Origin: an uncultured Gammaproteobacteria bacterium
GTDB taxonomy: Bacteria > Patescibacteriota > Patescibacteriia > SBBC01 > CAIJZX01
Length of the DNA: 64,000 bases
Assembly: GCA_964383765.1 (NCBI GenBank)
Contig: CAYLHT010000001.1
Location: 36,998-100,997 of the forward strand
Direction: 5' to 3'
Part shown: positions 1 to 11,117 of the stretch, piece after piece
Position numbering within the stretch: position 1 is the stretch's first letter
Layout: each line of letters opens with the position of its first letter
Translations under genes and position numbers: made by a program
Notes under the pieces: model-generated
The model's input: only the letters and a program-made list of their open reading frames with translations
What the model was told of the DNA's origin: nothing
Database searches by the model: none

Positions 1-1600
<1,600 letters not shown>

Positions 1601-2433
1601 GTTCTCGCACACCAATCGTGAGACCGATGTGAAAGCGCAATTGAGGTTAGCCCCTAGTGACCAATAACAGTAAGCGACTGGTGTGGGGGTAGCTCTATTA
1701 TTGCTGTGTCACCATTGTTTATCCTGGCGGTGACGGCACCAGGTCAAAATATTGACGTTTGCGATGTGACGCAGGGGATTGAGGGTTGATCAAGCAGTAC
1801 GGTCACGCCCGAAGGCGAGAGACTGGATCAAGAACCCTCAGTTCCCTACATCACACCTGACCCAGCACTAGACGCTACGCGTCAGTACTGGGCTTGTTTC
1901 TTACCACGTTTCGGTTGTCAAAGGACCTGGGAGAGAAAACTCTTCGTTTTCTCTTCCCACGCCTCTCATTCCGCCAGTAGTGTCGACGCTGGCGCCTTCA
2001 GCTAAATCAAGTTTAGCTTCGGCGCTGCGCGCTCGACCTTTATCTGGTCCGACGCGGCTCGCTATCGCTCGCCGCGTAATTCATGAAAGATGCGTCACTG
2101 CCTATTTCACATGAGAGCGAAACAAAAACAGTGAGGTGCCGGTTCATTCTTTAATGAGGTGGCGCCTCGCTGTTCTTATCGTTGAAAGAGCGGCCTATTC
2201 GTCTTGATTCGTCGTCATTGGTAGCCGATAGTGGTTTCCTTTCGTTAGCTGATAGGACCTACTACTAAGCGCCTGGATAGTACCAAATTGCTGATTCCTG
2301 TCAAGTCGGAAAAGCCGTGGAGAACTGGATGAGGTTTTTGGCTAAGGTTAGGGAACATTTGACTCCACCCATCATGTCCTCTACCCTTCGTTTAACGGCT
2401 TCACGGAATCAGTGCTGTCGATAGGGAGGGGCT

Positions 2434-2811
2434 ATGCACCTTCAAAGGGTTCAGCGTGTGGCTGGTGACTTGCTGGTTGCGATACTTGGTTTTGTTTCCT
2501 GTCGGGCATCGTTTATGGAGTGTCGACAACTTGAGGCGGGTATCGGACTTCATTTCCCCGTTATCACCATGCTCAGTGTGGCGTTGACTGGTTGGATCTT
2601 GGGCGCGCTGTTCAGCGTGACCCATCCCAGACACGTCTTCTTTGGACTGTCGGGGTCGGCGGCGATGTGGTTTGTCTTCGCGCCGAAAATCGGAGGACTG
2701 CCAGCGTTCGTTGTAGCACTGGTTGGTGGCGGCCTCGGGGTGATCTTCTACCTCGCTGCCCAGATCTATTACGACCTCACGTCGCCTACGAGAAGCATTC
2801 CCTGCGGTTAA
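2434..2811 (+). CDS. small multi-pass membrane protein (hypothetical)
   Basis: 125-aa ORF with 3-4 hydrophobic helices. The overlapping minus-strand ORF at 2401-2835 is low-complexity and Arg-rich, so the plus strand is preferred. Confidence 0.35.
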   Translation: MHLQRVQRVAGDLLVAILGFVSCRASFMECRQLEAGIGLHFPVITMLSVALTGWILGALFSVTHPRHVFFGLSGSAAMWFVFAPKIGGLPAFVVALVGGGLGVIFYLAAQIYYDLTSPTRSIPCG

Positions 2812-2836
2812 TCCGCAGGTTTTATGTATTCCCATA

Positions 2837-3547
2837 TCATGCCCGCAGCGGCCAAAATTCCAAAATCTCTTTCAGCACTTGATCAGTTTCACAGTCGAGG
2901 AGCATCTCATGACCTGATTTTTCGTGCCAGAGCAATTCTTTTTGAGATTTGAGAAGGTTGTACATTTCCTGGGCGCCGCGGGGGTCGGCCACGTTATCAA
3001 TTCGCGATTGGATAATCCGAACGGGACAACGGACGTGCTCGATGATGCTCCCAACGGTTCGTGTGCGCTCCCAGTACGACCGAAAGGGCGCAATCGGAAA
3101 CCAAAAGTACCCCTTGTCTTCCTTAGCGTAGTCCATGGAGCTGTACCGATCTTTAACAGAGAGGGTTGCACCTTTCACCAATCGCGACACAATCGGTGTG
3201 AGCGCCGTCATTTTGTTCTTAAACTTGATGCACGGTGACAGCAAAACCAAACCAGCCACATGCTTTGGGTGCGCGACCGCTAGTTCCATGGCTAACAAGG
3301 TTCCCATGGAAAGCGCCACGATCACGACCTGGTCGTTGGCCTGTCGCAATAACCGATAGGCTTGATCAACATCATCTTGCCAATGGTGCCAACGCTTATC
3401 CGCCAAATCTTTCGGGTTGGTCCCATGACCTGCTAAGATTGGGTAAGCCCACTCAATCCCCTGTTTGTCCAAAGCCGGCACCAACACCTCAAGCGAGGAG
3501 CGATGCGAGGTGAAACCGTGAATCAGCAGGACGCTGGGTTTATTCAT
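2837..3547 (-). CDS. alpha/beta hydrolase (carboxylesterase-like)
   Basis: HGFTSHRSSLE N-terminal motif, GxSxG nucleophile elbow LSMGT, and 236 aa, typical of the esterase/lipase fold. Confidence 0.75.
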   Translation of the reverse strand: MNKPSVLLIHGFTSHRSSLEVLVPALDKQGIEWAYPILAGHGTNPKDLADKRWHHWQDDVDQAYRLLRQANDQVVIVALSMGTLLAMELAVAHPKHVAGLVLLSPCIKFKNKMTALTPIVSRLVKGATLSVKDRYSSMDYAKEDKGYFWFPIAPFRSYWERTRTVGSIIEHVRCPVRIIQSRIDNVADPRGAQEMYNLLKSQKELLWHEKSGHEMLLDCETDQVLKEILEFWPLRA

Positions 3548-3550
3548 AGA

Positions 3551-4024
3551 CTAGCCTCGAACAGAAATAGTTTTTAGTGTTGCCAGATCAAAACCGCGCG
3601 CATAGAGTTCGTCAGCCTTCCGTAATTCTTCCTCGATCCCCACGTGGGGAAGTGAATTCAACTCCTCTTTCGTGATCCACCGGAAATCAGTAAAGTCCTT
3701 TTCCAGAACAATCGGTCCGTCATTTTCAACCTCACACAAATACGAAAAGAATTTACTATTCTGGCCGTCGGGACGAAGGTAGGTTTTGTCTTTCAACAAA
3801 AACTTCCCAGGTTTCATGGTTAAGCCGGTTTCTTCAAGAATTTCCTTAGCTAAGGTTTCTTCCACCGTGTCATTTCCTTCTACCTTACCCCCGGGAAAAG
3901 TGTACATGCCCGGGTAAGCAACCTCATCATCACGACGTTTCAGGACTAGGTATTTTCCTTCGCCATTTCGAATCACCGCCACAACGGCCACAATATGGAG
4001 CTTCTCGTTCTTAGCGTAGGCCAT
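3551..4024 (-). CDS. NUDIX hydrolase
   Basis: Nudix box GGKVEGNDTVEETLAKEILEETGL (Gx5Ex7REUxEExGU). Confidence 0.85.
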   Translation of the reverse strand: MAYAKNEKLHIVAVVAVIRNGEGKYLVLKRRDDEVAYPGMYTFPGGKVEGNDTVEETLAKEILEETGLTMKPGKFLLKDKTYLRPDGQNSKFFSYLCEVENDGPIVLEKDFTDFRWITKEELNSLPHVGIEEELRKADELYARGFDLATLKTISVRG

Positions 4025-4030
4025 AGAGTA

Positions 4031-4345
4031 TTACGTCGTTACGTTCGATGTTGTTCTGGCTACATACGCCACGATCGCCCAGGCCAGGAGGACAATCACC
4101 AAGCCGATGACTGTTGTTTGTAAAACATTTCTGACTCGTTCGCGCACGACGTCGCTTTGTCCGGATCCTAGGTAATTGAAGGCCACGCCGAACAAAATCA
4201 TCACTAACGCAGTTAATGCCAAATATCCCAGCACGGTGCTCAGTGTATGCAACGTTGCCGTCTTGAGATCAGTGTCGGTAAATCCTAAGGTTGGACCGAT
4301 GGGTTCCAGGCTAATAGCGAGGCGGCTGGAAATAGTGCTGATCAT
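4031..4345 (-). CDS. small two-TM membrane protein, possibly a TrbC/VirB2-like pilin (hypothetical)
   Basis: 104 aa with two long hydrophobic segments separated by a polar loop. Size and topology resemble conjugative-type pilins, but there is no motif-level proof. Confidence 0.4.
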   Translation of the reverse strand: MISTISSRLAISLEPIGPTLGFTDTDLKTATLHTLSTVLGYLALTALVMILFGVAFNYLGSGQSDVVRERVRNVLQTTVIGLVIVLLAWAIVAYVARTTSNVTT

Positions 4346-4364
4346 GGGAGTGCGAGAGTCGACT

Positions 4365-5012
4365 TTAGGTAACTTGGAAAATATTTATTCGACGCTCGGC
4401 CGAGAGGATGAACTTGTGTTGCTCGAGAAACACTTTAAGTCCGTCGATATCCCCCTTCGGTCCCATGTACTCCAAAAAATCTTCAAGTGAATCGAATTGA
4501 AAAATTGTTTCATCCCAAATTTCAGCCACTTCATTCATTCTATCCTGGTTGAGCATAGCCGCATAGGCGAGAGCCTTGACCCGACGCTCATCGCCATCAC
4601 CGGCCCCAAATTTTTCCTCAGTCTGTAAAAAGGTGCCATGATTCCCGGCTTCGAGAAAAATTATCCAACCGCCAGGCTTCGTGACGCGAACGGCTTCGTC
4701 AACTGCTTGAGACATGAATTCCGGCGGAACATGGTGGAGTGACAACGTGAAGAAAACGGCGTCAAAATGTTGCTTTTCGAAAGGAAGCTTTTCAGCCGCG
4801 GCGATGTGATAGGAAATATTTGGTCTCGCATGTAGTTTCTGTGCTTCCGCGATGGACTCAGGGTTTGGGTCGACGCCAACCAGGTTTCGTACTTTTTCTG
4901 CCAAAGTTACAGAACGTCCACCCTGACCGCACCCAACCTCAAGAACATGTAACCCCTGAAGCGGGATTACTGCGTTAACTTTTTGAACAAACTCTTCTTT
5001 AAGTCTTACCAT
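4365..5012 (-). CDS. class I SAM-dependent methyltransferase
   Basis: Motif [11 protein letters not shown], 215 aa, overlaps trmD by 14 nt (operon). Confidence 0.8.
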   Translation of the reverse strand: MVRLKEEFVQKVNAVIPLQGLHVLEVGCGQGGRSVTLAEKVRNLVGVDPNPESIAEAQKLHARPNISYHIAAAEKLPFEKQHFDAVFFTLSLHHVPPEFMSQAVDEAVRVTKPGGWIIFLEAGNHGTFLQTEEKFGAGDGDERRVKALAYAAMLNQDRMNEVAEIWDETIFQFDSLEDFLEYMGPKGDIDGLKVFLEQHKFILSAERRINIFQVT

Positions 5013-5649
5013 GAACTTTCTTCATCTTTTTTCGCCATTCCGCAATGCCTTTATGATGCCCGCTCAACAATTCTTTCGGCACGCGTTTACCCTTAAACAC
5101 TTCTGGTCGAGTGTATTGTGGATATTCTAACACTCCCGGCTGGCTATGCGACTCATCAACTGACGATTCGTCTTTGCCCAACACACCGGGCAACAATCGT
5201 GTCACCGCATCCATCACGACCATAGCCGGTAATTCGCCGCCGGTCAGGACGTAGTTGCCGATGGAAATTTCTTCATCGACATAATCCACGACACGCTCGT
5301 CCACGCCCTCATACCGGGGACAAATAATGACAATCTGCTTGTATTTCGATAGTCGTTTTGCATCGGCCTGGGAAAATGTTTTTCCTTTGGCCGACATCAA
5401 CAAAATGCGTCGTCTTCCTTTCTTTGGTAGGGCTTTGAGGGCTTTGAAAATCGGTTCAACTTTCATCACCATGCCTACCCCACCGCCATACGGTCGGTCG
5501 TCGACACTACGATGTTTGTCAGATGTGAAATCGCGGAGATCGTGGAAGTGAAACGACACCAGTTTCTTTTTTTGAGCGCGTTTAATGATGCTCTCGTTCA
5601 GGTAAGCATCAAACATTTTTGGGAAAATGGTCAGTAGGTCGAAACGCAT
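4999..5649 (-). CDS. trmD: tRNA (guanine37-N1)-methyltransferase TrmD
   Basis: [16 protein letters not shown]...[13 protein letters not shown] aligns with the E. coli TrmD N-terminus and SPOUT knot. The start is set at the Met of MRFDLL (cat at 5647-5649) rather than the longer ORF start at 5697. Confidence 0.9.
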   Translation of the reverse strand: MRFDLLTIFPKMFDAYLNESIIKRAQKKKLVSFHFHDLRDFTSDKHRSVDDRPYGGGVGMVMKVEPIFKALKALPKKGRRRILLMSAKGKTFSQADAKRLSKYKQIVIICPRYEGVDERVVDYVDEEISIGNYVLTGGELPAMVVMDAVTRLLPGVLGKDESSVDESHSQPGVLEYPQYTRPEVFKGKRVPKELLSGHHKGIAEWRKKMKKVHGKT

Positions 5650-7028
5650 ATATGGTAGTATATAACATGATGGAGAGGACGACGATAACCACCCCAATCA
5701 AGACTACCCGTAAAATCGAAACGAAGGTTGGTTTAACCTTTATTATTGTGGCTACAGGGTTACTCGGGCTTGGCCTACTGGCCGTCGGCGCAACGGCTAC
5801 GAAAGCTTCTTTGACTGGTTATTTTTTTCGCGATAGCCGAACTAACAAGACGTGGTACGCCGAACCAACGACCGGCTACCGCTATGATGTGACGAGTCCT
5901 GCCCGCTGGAAAAAACTTTATCAGCGGACGGCGCTCATCATCTCAACGGACCAGCTTAACTTGATCCCAGTCTTGAATGACTCCAGTCCTGGCGATGACG
6001 CGACTCGGGCGCGGTACTCAGGGCGAGTGGTGACAACCGGAGACGGTCTCTATTGGTATGTGTATCCAGGCACGAAAACTCGATATGCAACTACTGACTC
6101 CGCCGTCCCAACCCAGCTACTCAACGGAAACGTCTCAATCGCACTCATGTTGTGGCCCACTGATCCCGGTATTCGCACGGGAACCACCAAAGTTCAAACC
6201 CGCACGGGTAGCTTCACCGTCAAATACCTGCGGGTGAATCGGATTAATCCCGATTTCCGGTTGATGACCGATAATACCAACCTCGGACAGTGCCACCCAA
6301 CAAGCTGCACTTGCGGACCAGAGTCCTCGCCAGCCTGCCAAGAATTTTATCGAACCTCCTGCCCACTCTGTCGAAGTCAAAGCTTCGGCACCTTTATCAA
6401 GTCACGCGGGGCCTCGGCTGGCATCAATGGAACATATTTCTTTAACGCCGGCGGCGACCTCCGGGACACCAGCCTGTTTATCGTCATGAATTCGTATGCA
6501 CCAATCAGTTCCTTCACCTGGGGCCGGAATCCGTTGGGTGGGAAAAAGCGAGCGGGATTCTCAGTTGATACCTCGAATCGAATATTCTTCGATGTGCCGC
6601 CGACAAAATGTGAGGACACTTTGCGCATTGGCAACTCGACGCCGTTGGAAACAACCGCCCAATGTGTAGCCAGAGTGGTTGGTAGTTGGTCAACCAGTCA
6701 TGGCGGGACGGGTAAACTTCAAGCCCTCGTCAACTCCGATGCAACTCTCGTCCTCAACCGCACGAACGTGATCAGTCAGTACACCTTAGATAGCAAGCAG
6801 AAAACCGCCCACTCCACCCGCAACGGGATTGGATTCCGAGGAAACGAGATCTGGATGTTCGTCGTCTACGGGGCGACCGTTCCGGATGCTGCGGCCGTTG
6901 CCACAGCGATGAAATTTGATAATGCTGTCAATCTCGACGGCGGCGGGTCAAGCACGCTCTACGCGAATGGCCAGTACTTGGTCGGGCCGGGCCGAGCCAT
7001 ACCGAACGCTATTTTGATTGCCAAATAA
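5619..7028 (+). CDS. secreted/membrane-anchored phosphodiester glycosidase family protein (DUF2233-like)
   Basis: N-terminal TM anchor and C-terminal [11 protein letters not shown] motif, characteristic of the NAGPA/phosphodiester glycosidase family. The true start is probably ATG 5667 (MMERTT). Confidence 0.55.
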   Translation: MGKWSVGRNAYMVVYNMMERTTITTPIKTTRKIETKVGLTFIIVATGLLGLGLLAVGATATKASLTGYFFRDSRTNKTWYAEPTTGYRYDVTSPARWKKLYQRTALIISTDQLNLIPVLNDSSPGDDATRARYSGRVVTTGDGLYWYVYPGTKTRYATTDSAVPTQLLNGNVSIALMLWPTDPGIRTGTTKVQTRTGSFTVKYLRVNRINPDFRLMTDNTNLGQCHPTSCTCGPESSPACQEFYRTSCPLCRSQSFGTFIKSRGASAGINGTYFFNAGGDLRDTSLFIVMNSYAPISSFTWGRNPLGGKKRAGFSVDTSNRIFFDVPPTKCEDTLRIGNSTPLETTAQCVARVVGSWSTSHGGTGKLQALVNSDATLVLNRTNVISQYTLDSKQKTAHSTRNGIGFRGNEIWMFVVYGATVPDAAAVATAMKFDNAVNLDGGGSSTLYANGQYLVGPGRAIPNAILIAK

Positions 7029-7112
7029 TCATTATCGACTCTGGTCAACTGATAGATACTGTATCAGCTGAACATAATCAACACCTTCATCAGGTGAAGT
7101 TTACATTAGCAT

Positions 7113-7406
7113 TTGTCTAGACTTCTTGGTCGAAGGTGCTACACTAGTTCTTACCTTCGTATGGCCATTATCAAAAAAACCCAGCGGGATGAGTACATCG
7201 TGGTTCACCACGTGCGCGGTGAAGGTGACGTGTTAGATTTTCTGCACATGACCAGCCACATCATTCTCGATCGACTCTGTTTCCAGGCGCGGAACGGCCA
7301 AGCCGCCGAGTTTACGTATCGTAATCGTAAGTACACGATGACCTGGAATTCCCGGGACGACACATTTGAAGTTACTCAGGTTGATGAAGCGGTGGAAGTC
7401 ATGTAA
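7113..7406 (+). CDS. hypothetical protein
   Basis: 97-aa ORF followed by a strong rho-independent terminator; no recognisable motif. Confidence 0.4.
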   Translation: MSRLLGRRCYTSSYLRMAIIKKTQRDEYIVVHHVRGEGDVLDFLHMTSHIILDRLCFQARNGQAAEFTYRNRKYTMTWNSRDDTFEVTQVDEAVEVM

Positions 7407-7435
7407 GGACCATGATCATCACTCAGAAATCACGA

Positions 7436-7470
7436 AAGGCGCGCCCGTTCTCGGGCGCGCAACGTTTTTG
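7436..7470 (+). terminator. rho-independent terminator
   Basis: GCGCGCCC-gttct-CGGGCGCGC hairpin followed by AACGTTTTT. Confidence 0.7.
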
Positions 7471-7581
7471 TGAAGTTTCTGAAATCACCATACTCCCCAT
7501 TTTCATGCATCGGTACTCAGGCTTGACGCATAAGTCGGGATAAGCTAGGTTCTGAACGTTCAGCTGGGAAAGGAGGACACT

Positions 7582-7908
7582 ATGTGCCCCGGCTATCCAG
7601 AACCGCCTCCGGGTAATGACCGATCAAAGTTGGTCGGCGTGACCTACGCTCAAGTCGAGGAACGCTGTTTGCACGTACTGTTGGAAGGATTAGCCGGCGA
7701 AGTCAATTCCGATCGATTGACCGGAGCCTTTAGGGAGGCTTGGCGTCGCGAAGTGGAACCGGCAATCGAAACTCGGGACTCTCGCTTTCGGCACCTGGAT
7801 CCAAAGAAGTCCATCGCCTACTTCGAAACGGCGGTTGTCTCAAGGACCGAAGTTTCCGACGATGGGACTATCAATCTCGAAGACGGTACACCCCGAACTC
7901 TCGAGTGA
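7582..7908 (+). CDS. hypothetical protein
   Basis: 108-aa ORF; no motif recognised. Confidence 0.35.
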   Translation: MCPGYPEPPPGNDRSKLVGVTYAQVEERCLHVLLEGLAGEVNSDRLTGAFREAWRREVEPAIETRDSRFRHLDPKKSIAYFETAVVSRTEVSDDGTINLEDGTPRTLE

Positions 7909-7979
7909 CTCAGGGCAAGATCCTGAGTCTTTTTTACACAAACTCCGCCGCAGCGGAGTTTGTGATTGGTGTGGAGATT

Positions 7980-8321
7980 CTAAATCTTCAAATCATCTCC
8001 CATACCGGAGTCGGCACTGGGCATTTGATCCATCGGTTGCTGGGCGTCTTGGCGTTCGTGGCGCATTTTGCGTGAACCTTCCGGTTCGTAAATCTTGAGG
8101 TTGACGCGGGCATGATTCTTCGCGCCGACAACGCGCAAGAGGGTGCGCAGCGACTTGGCGGTTTGCCCTTGGCGGCCGATGATTTGACCGAGGTCTTCTT
8201 GGTTGACTTTGAGCGTAATTAAGACGCCCATTTCATCAACGGTACGGTCGCAGCTGACCTCCTCGGGGTGATCGACCATCGCTTTGACGACGTATTCAAC
8301 GAAGGCTTGGTCTTGCTCCAT
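7980..8321 (-). CDS. KH-domain RNA-binding protein (YlqC/UPF0109 family)
   Basis: MEQDQAFVEYVVKAMVDHPEEV...IIGRQGQTAKSLRTLLRVVG is the KH fold with a GRxGxxA-type loop, downstream of rpsP as in rpsP-KH operons. The start is set at the Met of MEQDQ (cat at 8319-8321). Confidence 0.7.
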   Translation of the reverse strand: MEQDQAFVEYVVKAMVDHPEEVSCDRTVDEMGVLITLKVNQEDLGQIIGRQGQTAKSLRTLLRVVGAKNHARVNLKIYEPEGSRKMRHERQDAQQPMDQMPSADSGMGDDLKI

Positions 8322-8480
8322 ATATCTGAGTGCGGTTAATGATGGAATATCAGTGCGCGTGGCTCGGTGGACCAACCAAGGCGGCCCTGAAACACTACAG
8401 CCAGGATAGCAAATCCAGTTAGAAGCGCAAATCGGCCTTGTTTTATTATAAAAACTCACCCGCGGCTAGGGTGAGAGTAG

Positions 8481-9011
8481 CTATGTTCCGAGGGACCTGT
8501 CCCAGATGAAGTTCTCGTCTTCGATGAAGTGTCCAAGCTGAATATACGCCCGAATCAGTTCGCGATCCGGTGGGGGGCCGTGCTTGATCACCGTCTCAAG
8601 TCGAACCTGCACGGCCACCAGTTCTTGCAGGAGGCGAGGGTGATTCGGACGCAAGATCTCCTTGCCATAAGGGGTGAGCATTTCCCCACTGTACTGCCTC
8701 GGACTGGTCCAACAGTCGGATTGATCTTGCCATTCCTGGTTGAGTTTCATCCAGCCCAGCCCATCTCCGTCCAGCAGAAACCGTCTGGTGACCGTTGCGT
8801 CTGGTTCGTTGGTCAGGGAGAGCCTGGGTGAAACTGAATTGCATTTCAACCACAGGATCCCTCCCTCTGCCCGGCGAACGAGCAGATCGATACGCACGGT
8901 AAACTGGAACATCTTTCCGCGCGGTCTGACTTGGCGTTTGTCCATAAACGCCCGCACTACGATTCCGGACTTGACAGTTTCCAGCAATGCGTCGTGCAAC
9001 TGCGGTTCCAT
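8481..9011 (-). CDS. hypothetical protein (sits where RimM is expected but has no RimM motifs)
   Basis: 176-aa ORF between rpsP and the KH protein on the same strand. The sequence does not show the RimM beta-barrel/PRC signatures. Confidence 0.45.
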   Translation of the reverse strand: MEPQLHDALLETVKSGIVVRAFMDKRQVRPRGKMFQFTVRIDLLVRRAEGGILWLKCNSVSPRLSLTNEPDATVTRRFLLDGDGLGWMKLNQEWQDQSDCWTSPRQYSGEMLTPYGKEILRPNHPRLLQELVAVQVRLETVIKHGPPPDRELIRAYIQLGHFIEDENFIWDRSLGT

Positions 9012-9177
9012 AGTTCCTCCGGCGCGCCTAGATTCGTCATCGTCGGCTCTGGAAGGATGGTGAAAAGTGCGTGGCCGATTGAGATCCTAGATTCATCATC
9101 GTCGGACCAACCGCGCCGTGAACGGACCGAAAAACAGGTCCAACTCGACCCTACCAGGTTTGATTATCCGAGTAAAG

Positions 9178-9546
9178 CTAGGCCGCCGGCGTTTCAGCTT
9201 TGGCTGGCTCAGCCGGAGCGGCGGGAGTTTCAGGGGTCGGCGTCGGAGTTGCAGCCGCTGGAGGCGTTTCAACTTTCTTGGCTTTGGCGACGACGCGCTT
9301 CGCGCCGGTGATAACACCCTTGTCGACTAACAGATTGTGAACCGTGTCGCTGGGCTGAGCGCCCTGTGAGATCCAATGCTTCACCCGCTCAGCATTCACG
9401 TCGAGTTTCGCCGGCGATTGGTGCGGATCGTATGTACCGAGTTGTTCCAAAAACGTACCCAGCGTATCCTTGCGTTTATCAGACACGACTAAACGGTAGG
9501 TCGCGTGATTTTTTTTGCCGAGACGGGAGAGGCGGATGGAGACCAT
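9178..9546 (-). CDS. rpsP: 30S ribosomal protein S16 with an Ala/Pro/Thr-rich C-terminal extension
   Basis: MVSIRLSRLGKKNHATYRLVVSDKRKDTLG...YDPH is canonical S16. The tail PAAATPTPTPETPAAPAEPAKAETPAA is low-complexity. Confidence 0.9.
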   Translation of the reverse strand: MVSIRLSRLGKKNHATYRLVVSDKRKDTLGTFLEQLGTYDPHQSPAKLDVNAERVKHWISQGAQPSDTVHNLLVDKGVITGAKRVVAKAKKVETPPAAATPTPTPETPAAPAEPAKAETPAA

Positions 9547-9660
9547 GAAGAGGAGAAGTTGGAAGTGAGAATTTGGAAGTTGGATAACTGAAATTTGAGC
9601 AACGGCACGATACCACAGGGCCTCAATGGTGTCAACGACCGATTAATCGACAGATTCGAG

Positions 9661-9689
9661 TTGTCATAACGTCAAAAAAGTGGTAGACT
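9661..9689 (+). promoter_or_regulatory. sigma70-type promoter for pilB-like gene
   Basis: TTGTCA (9661-9666), 17-nt spacer, TAGACT (9684-9689), 10 nt before ATG 9699. Confidence 0.5.
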
Positions 9690-9698
9690 CAATCGGCC

Positions 9699-10898
9699 AT
9701 GGCTCGTCAATCCGATCAAGAATCTTCTGAGGGCGTCATTGTTAAACTCGTCACCAACCTCGTTCGGTTGGCGGTCTTGAATAACGCATCGGATATTCAC
9801 ATTGAGCCCGGTGAAGATAAAATTGGGATTCGTTTTCGCATTGACGGCGTCCTCCGGGAAGTTGAAAGCCATCCGATCAGCTTGCACGAACCATTGGTGG
9901 CGCGCATCAAGGTGCTGTCTAACCTGAATTTATCTGAACGCCGTAAGCCCCAGGATGGCCGGTTCCAGTTGAATGCTGACAACAAACAACTCGATATCCG
10001 GGTCTCGACCTTCCCGACAATTTTTGGCGAGAATGTTGAACTGCGCATCTTGAACAAAACCAACATTCTCCTCGGTTTACCGAGTTTAGGTTTTCAGCCC
10101 GACACTCTTGAGCAATTCAACGGGATGATTCACCAACCCTACGGCATTATTTTCGTGACCGGGCCAAATGGATCTGGGAAAACCACCACGCTGTACTCAA
10201 CCCTCAACACGATCAATACGCCGGACAAAGATATTGTGACGCTGGAAGACCCGGTTGAGTATCAATTGCCGCTGATTCGCCAAACCCAAGTTGACCCTGA
10301 TGTGGGCATGACGTTTGCCGCCGGCTTGCGGTCACGGCTGCGGCAAGACCCGGACGTCTTACTTGTGGGTGAAGTTCGTGACCCTGAAACTGCTTCGATT
10401 GCAGTCCGGGCGGCCCTGACTGGCCACTTGGTGTTAACGACGCTGCATACCAATGATTCCATCGGCGCCATCAATCGCCTAACGGATATGAACGTGGAAC
10501 GCGTGTTGATCGCGTCGGCCACGATCGGGATCCTGGCTCAACGTCTTGTCCGACTCCTGTGTACGACCTGCGCCGAAGCCTATGAAGCCTCAACCTCACT
10601 CAAACAGCAGTTAGCCTTGCCGACCGAAGAGAAGATTACGCTCAAGAAAGGGGTGGGCTGCGAAAACTGTGGGTACACCGGGTACATTGGTCGAACGGGA
10701 ATTTTTGAGATGTTGGTGCCAGATAAGAAAGTCCGGGCAATGATTACCGACGGCGCCAGCCACCAGGACATCAAAACCTATGCCGTTCGAGCGCTCGGCA
10801 TGCGTACCTTGCGCGATGATGGACTCCAAAAAGCTAAACAGGGCCTAACCAGCGTCGAAGAAGTCTTACGCGTGACCGTCGGAGACATTACTGAGTAG
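9699..10898 (+). CDS. pilB: type IV pilus / type II secretion assembly ATPase (GspE/PilB family, short N-terminus)
   Basis: Walker A GPNGSGKTTT, Asp box, His box TLHTND, and C-terminal tetracysteine CTTC...CENC typical of PilB-type ATPases. At 399 aa it lacks the long N-terminal domain. Confidence 0.8.
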   Translation: MARQSDQESSEGVIVKLVTNLVRLAVLNNASDIHIEPGEDKIGIRFRIDGVLREVESHPISLHEPLVARIKVLSNLNLSERRKPQDGRFQLNADNKQLDIRVSTFPTIFGENVELRILNKTNILLGLPSLGFQPDTLEQFNGMIHQPYGIIFVTGPNGSGKTTTLYSTLNTINTPDKDIVTLEDPVEYQLPLIRQTQVDPDVGMTFAAGLRSRLRQDPDVLLVGEVRDPETASIAVRAALTGHLVLTTLHTNDSIGAINRLTDMNVERVLIASATIGILAQRLVRLLCTTCAEAYEASTSLKQQLALPTEEKITLKKGVGCENCGYTGYIGRTGIFEMLVPDKKVRAMITDGASHQDIKTYAVRALGMRTLRDDGLQKAKQGLTSVEEVLRVTVGDITE

Positions 10899-11117
10899 GT
10901 CTACAAATCTCCGCAGCCAACGAATCTACGAATGGGCTGATTTGAGTTTGACAGCTTCCAACGCTGACGCTAGGGTGAAGGCATGCAGTCTATTCAGGCC
11001 ATCATTGTCCTGACGACCATAACTCGGTCTCAGTTTGGGATCGGACTGTTCCGATAACCACCACGGTCCCGCCCGAGCGGGATTTTTGGTGAGCACCTTA
11101 CACATTCGACAGCAGCT

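Noticed and set aside
2401-2835. 144-aa minus-strand ORF opposite the small membrane protein
   Set aside because: Arg/His-rich low-complexity, whereas the plus-strand ORF has clean TM helices. Confidence in either is low.
8321-8459. Longer 159-aa start for the KH-domain protein
   Set aside because: The N-terminal 46 residues (MSFYNKTRPICASNWICYPGCSVSG...) are Cys/Pro-rich and non-KH. MEQDQAFVEYVVKAMV matches the start of YlqC-like proteins.
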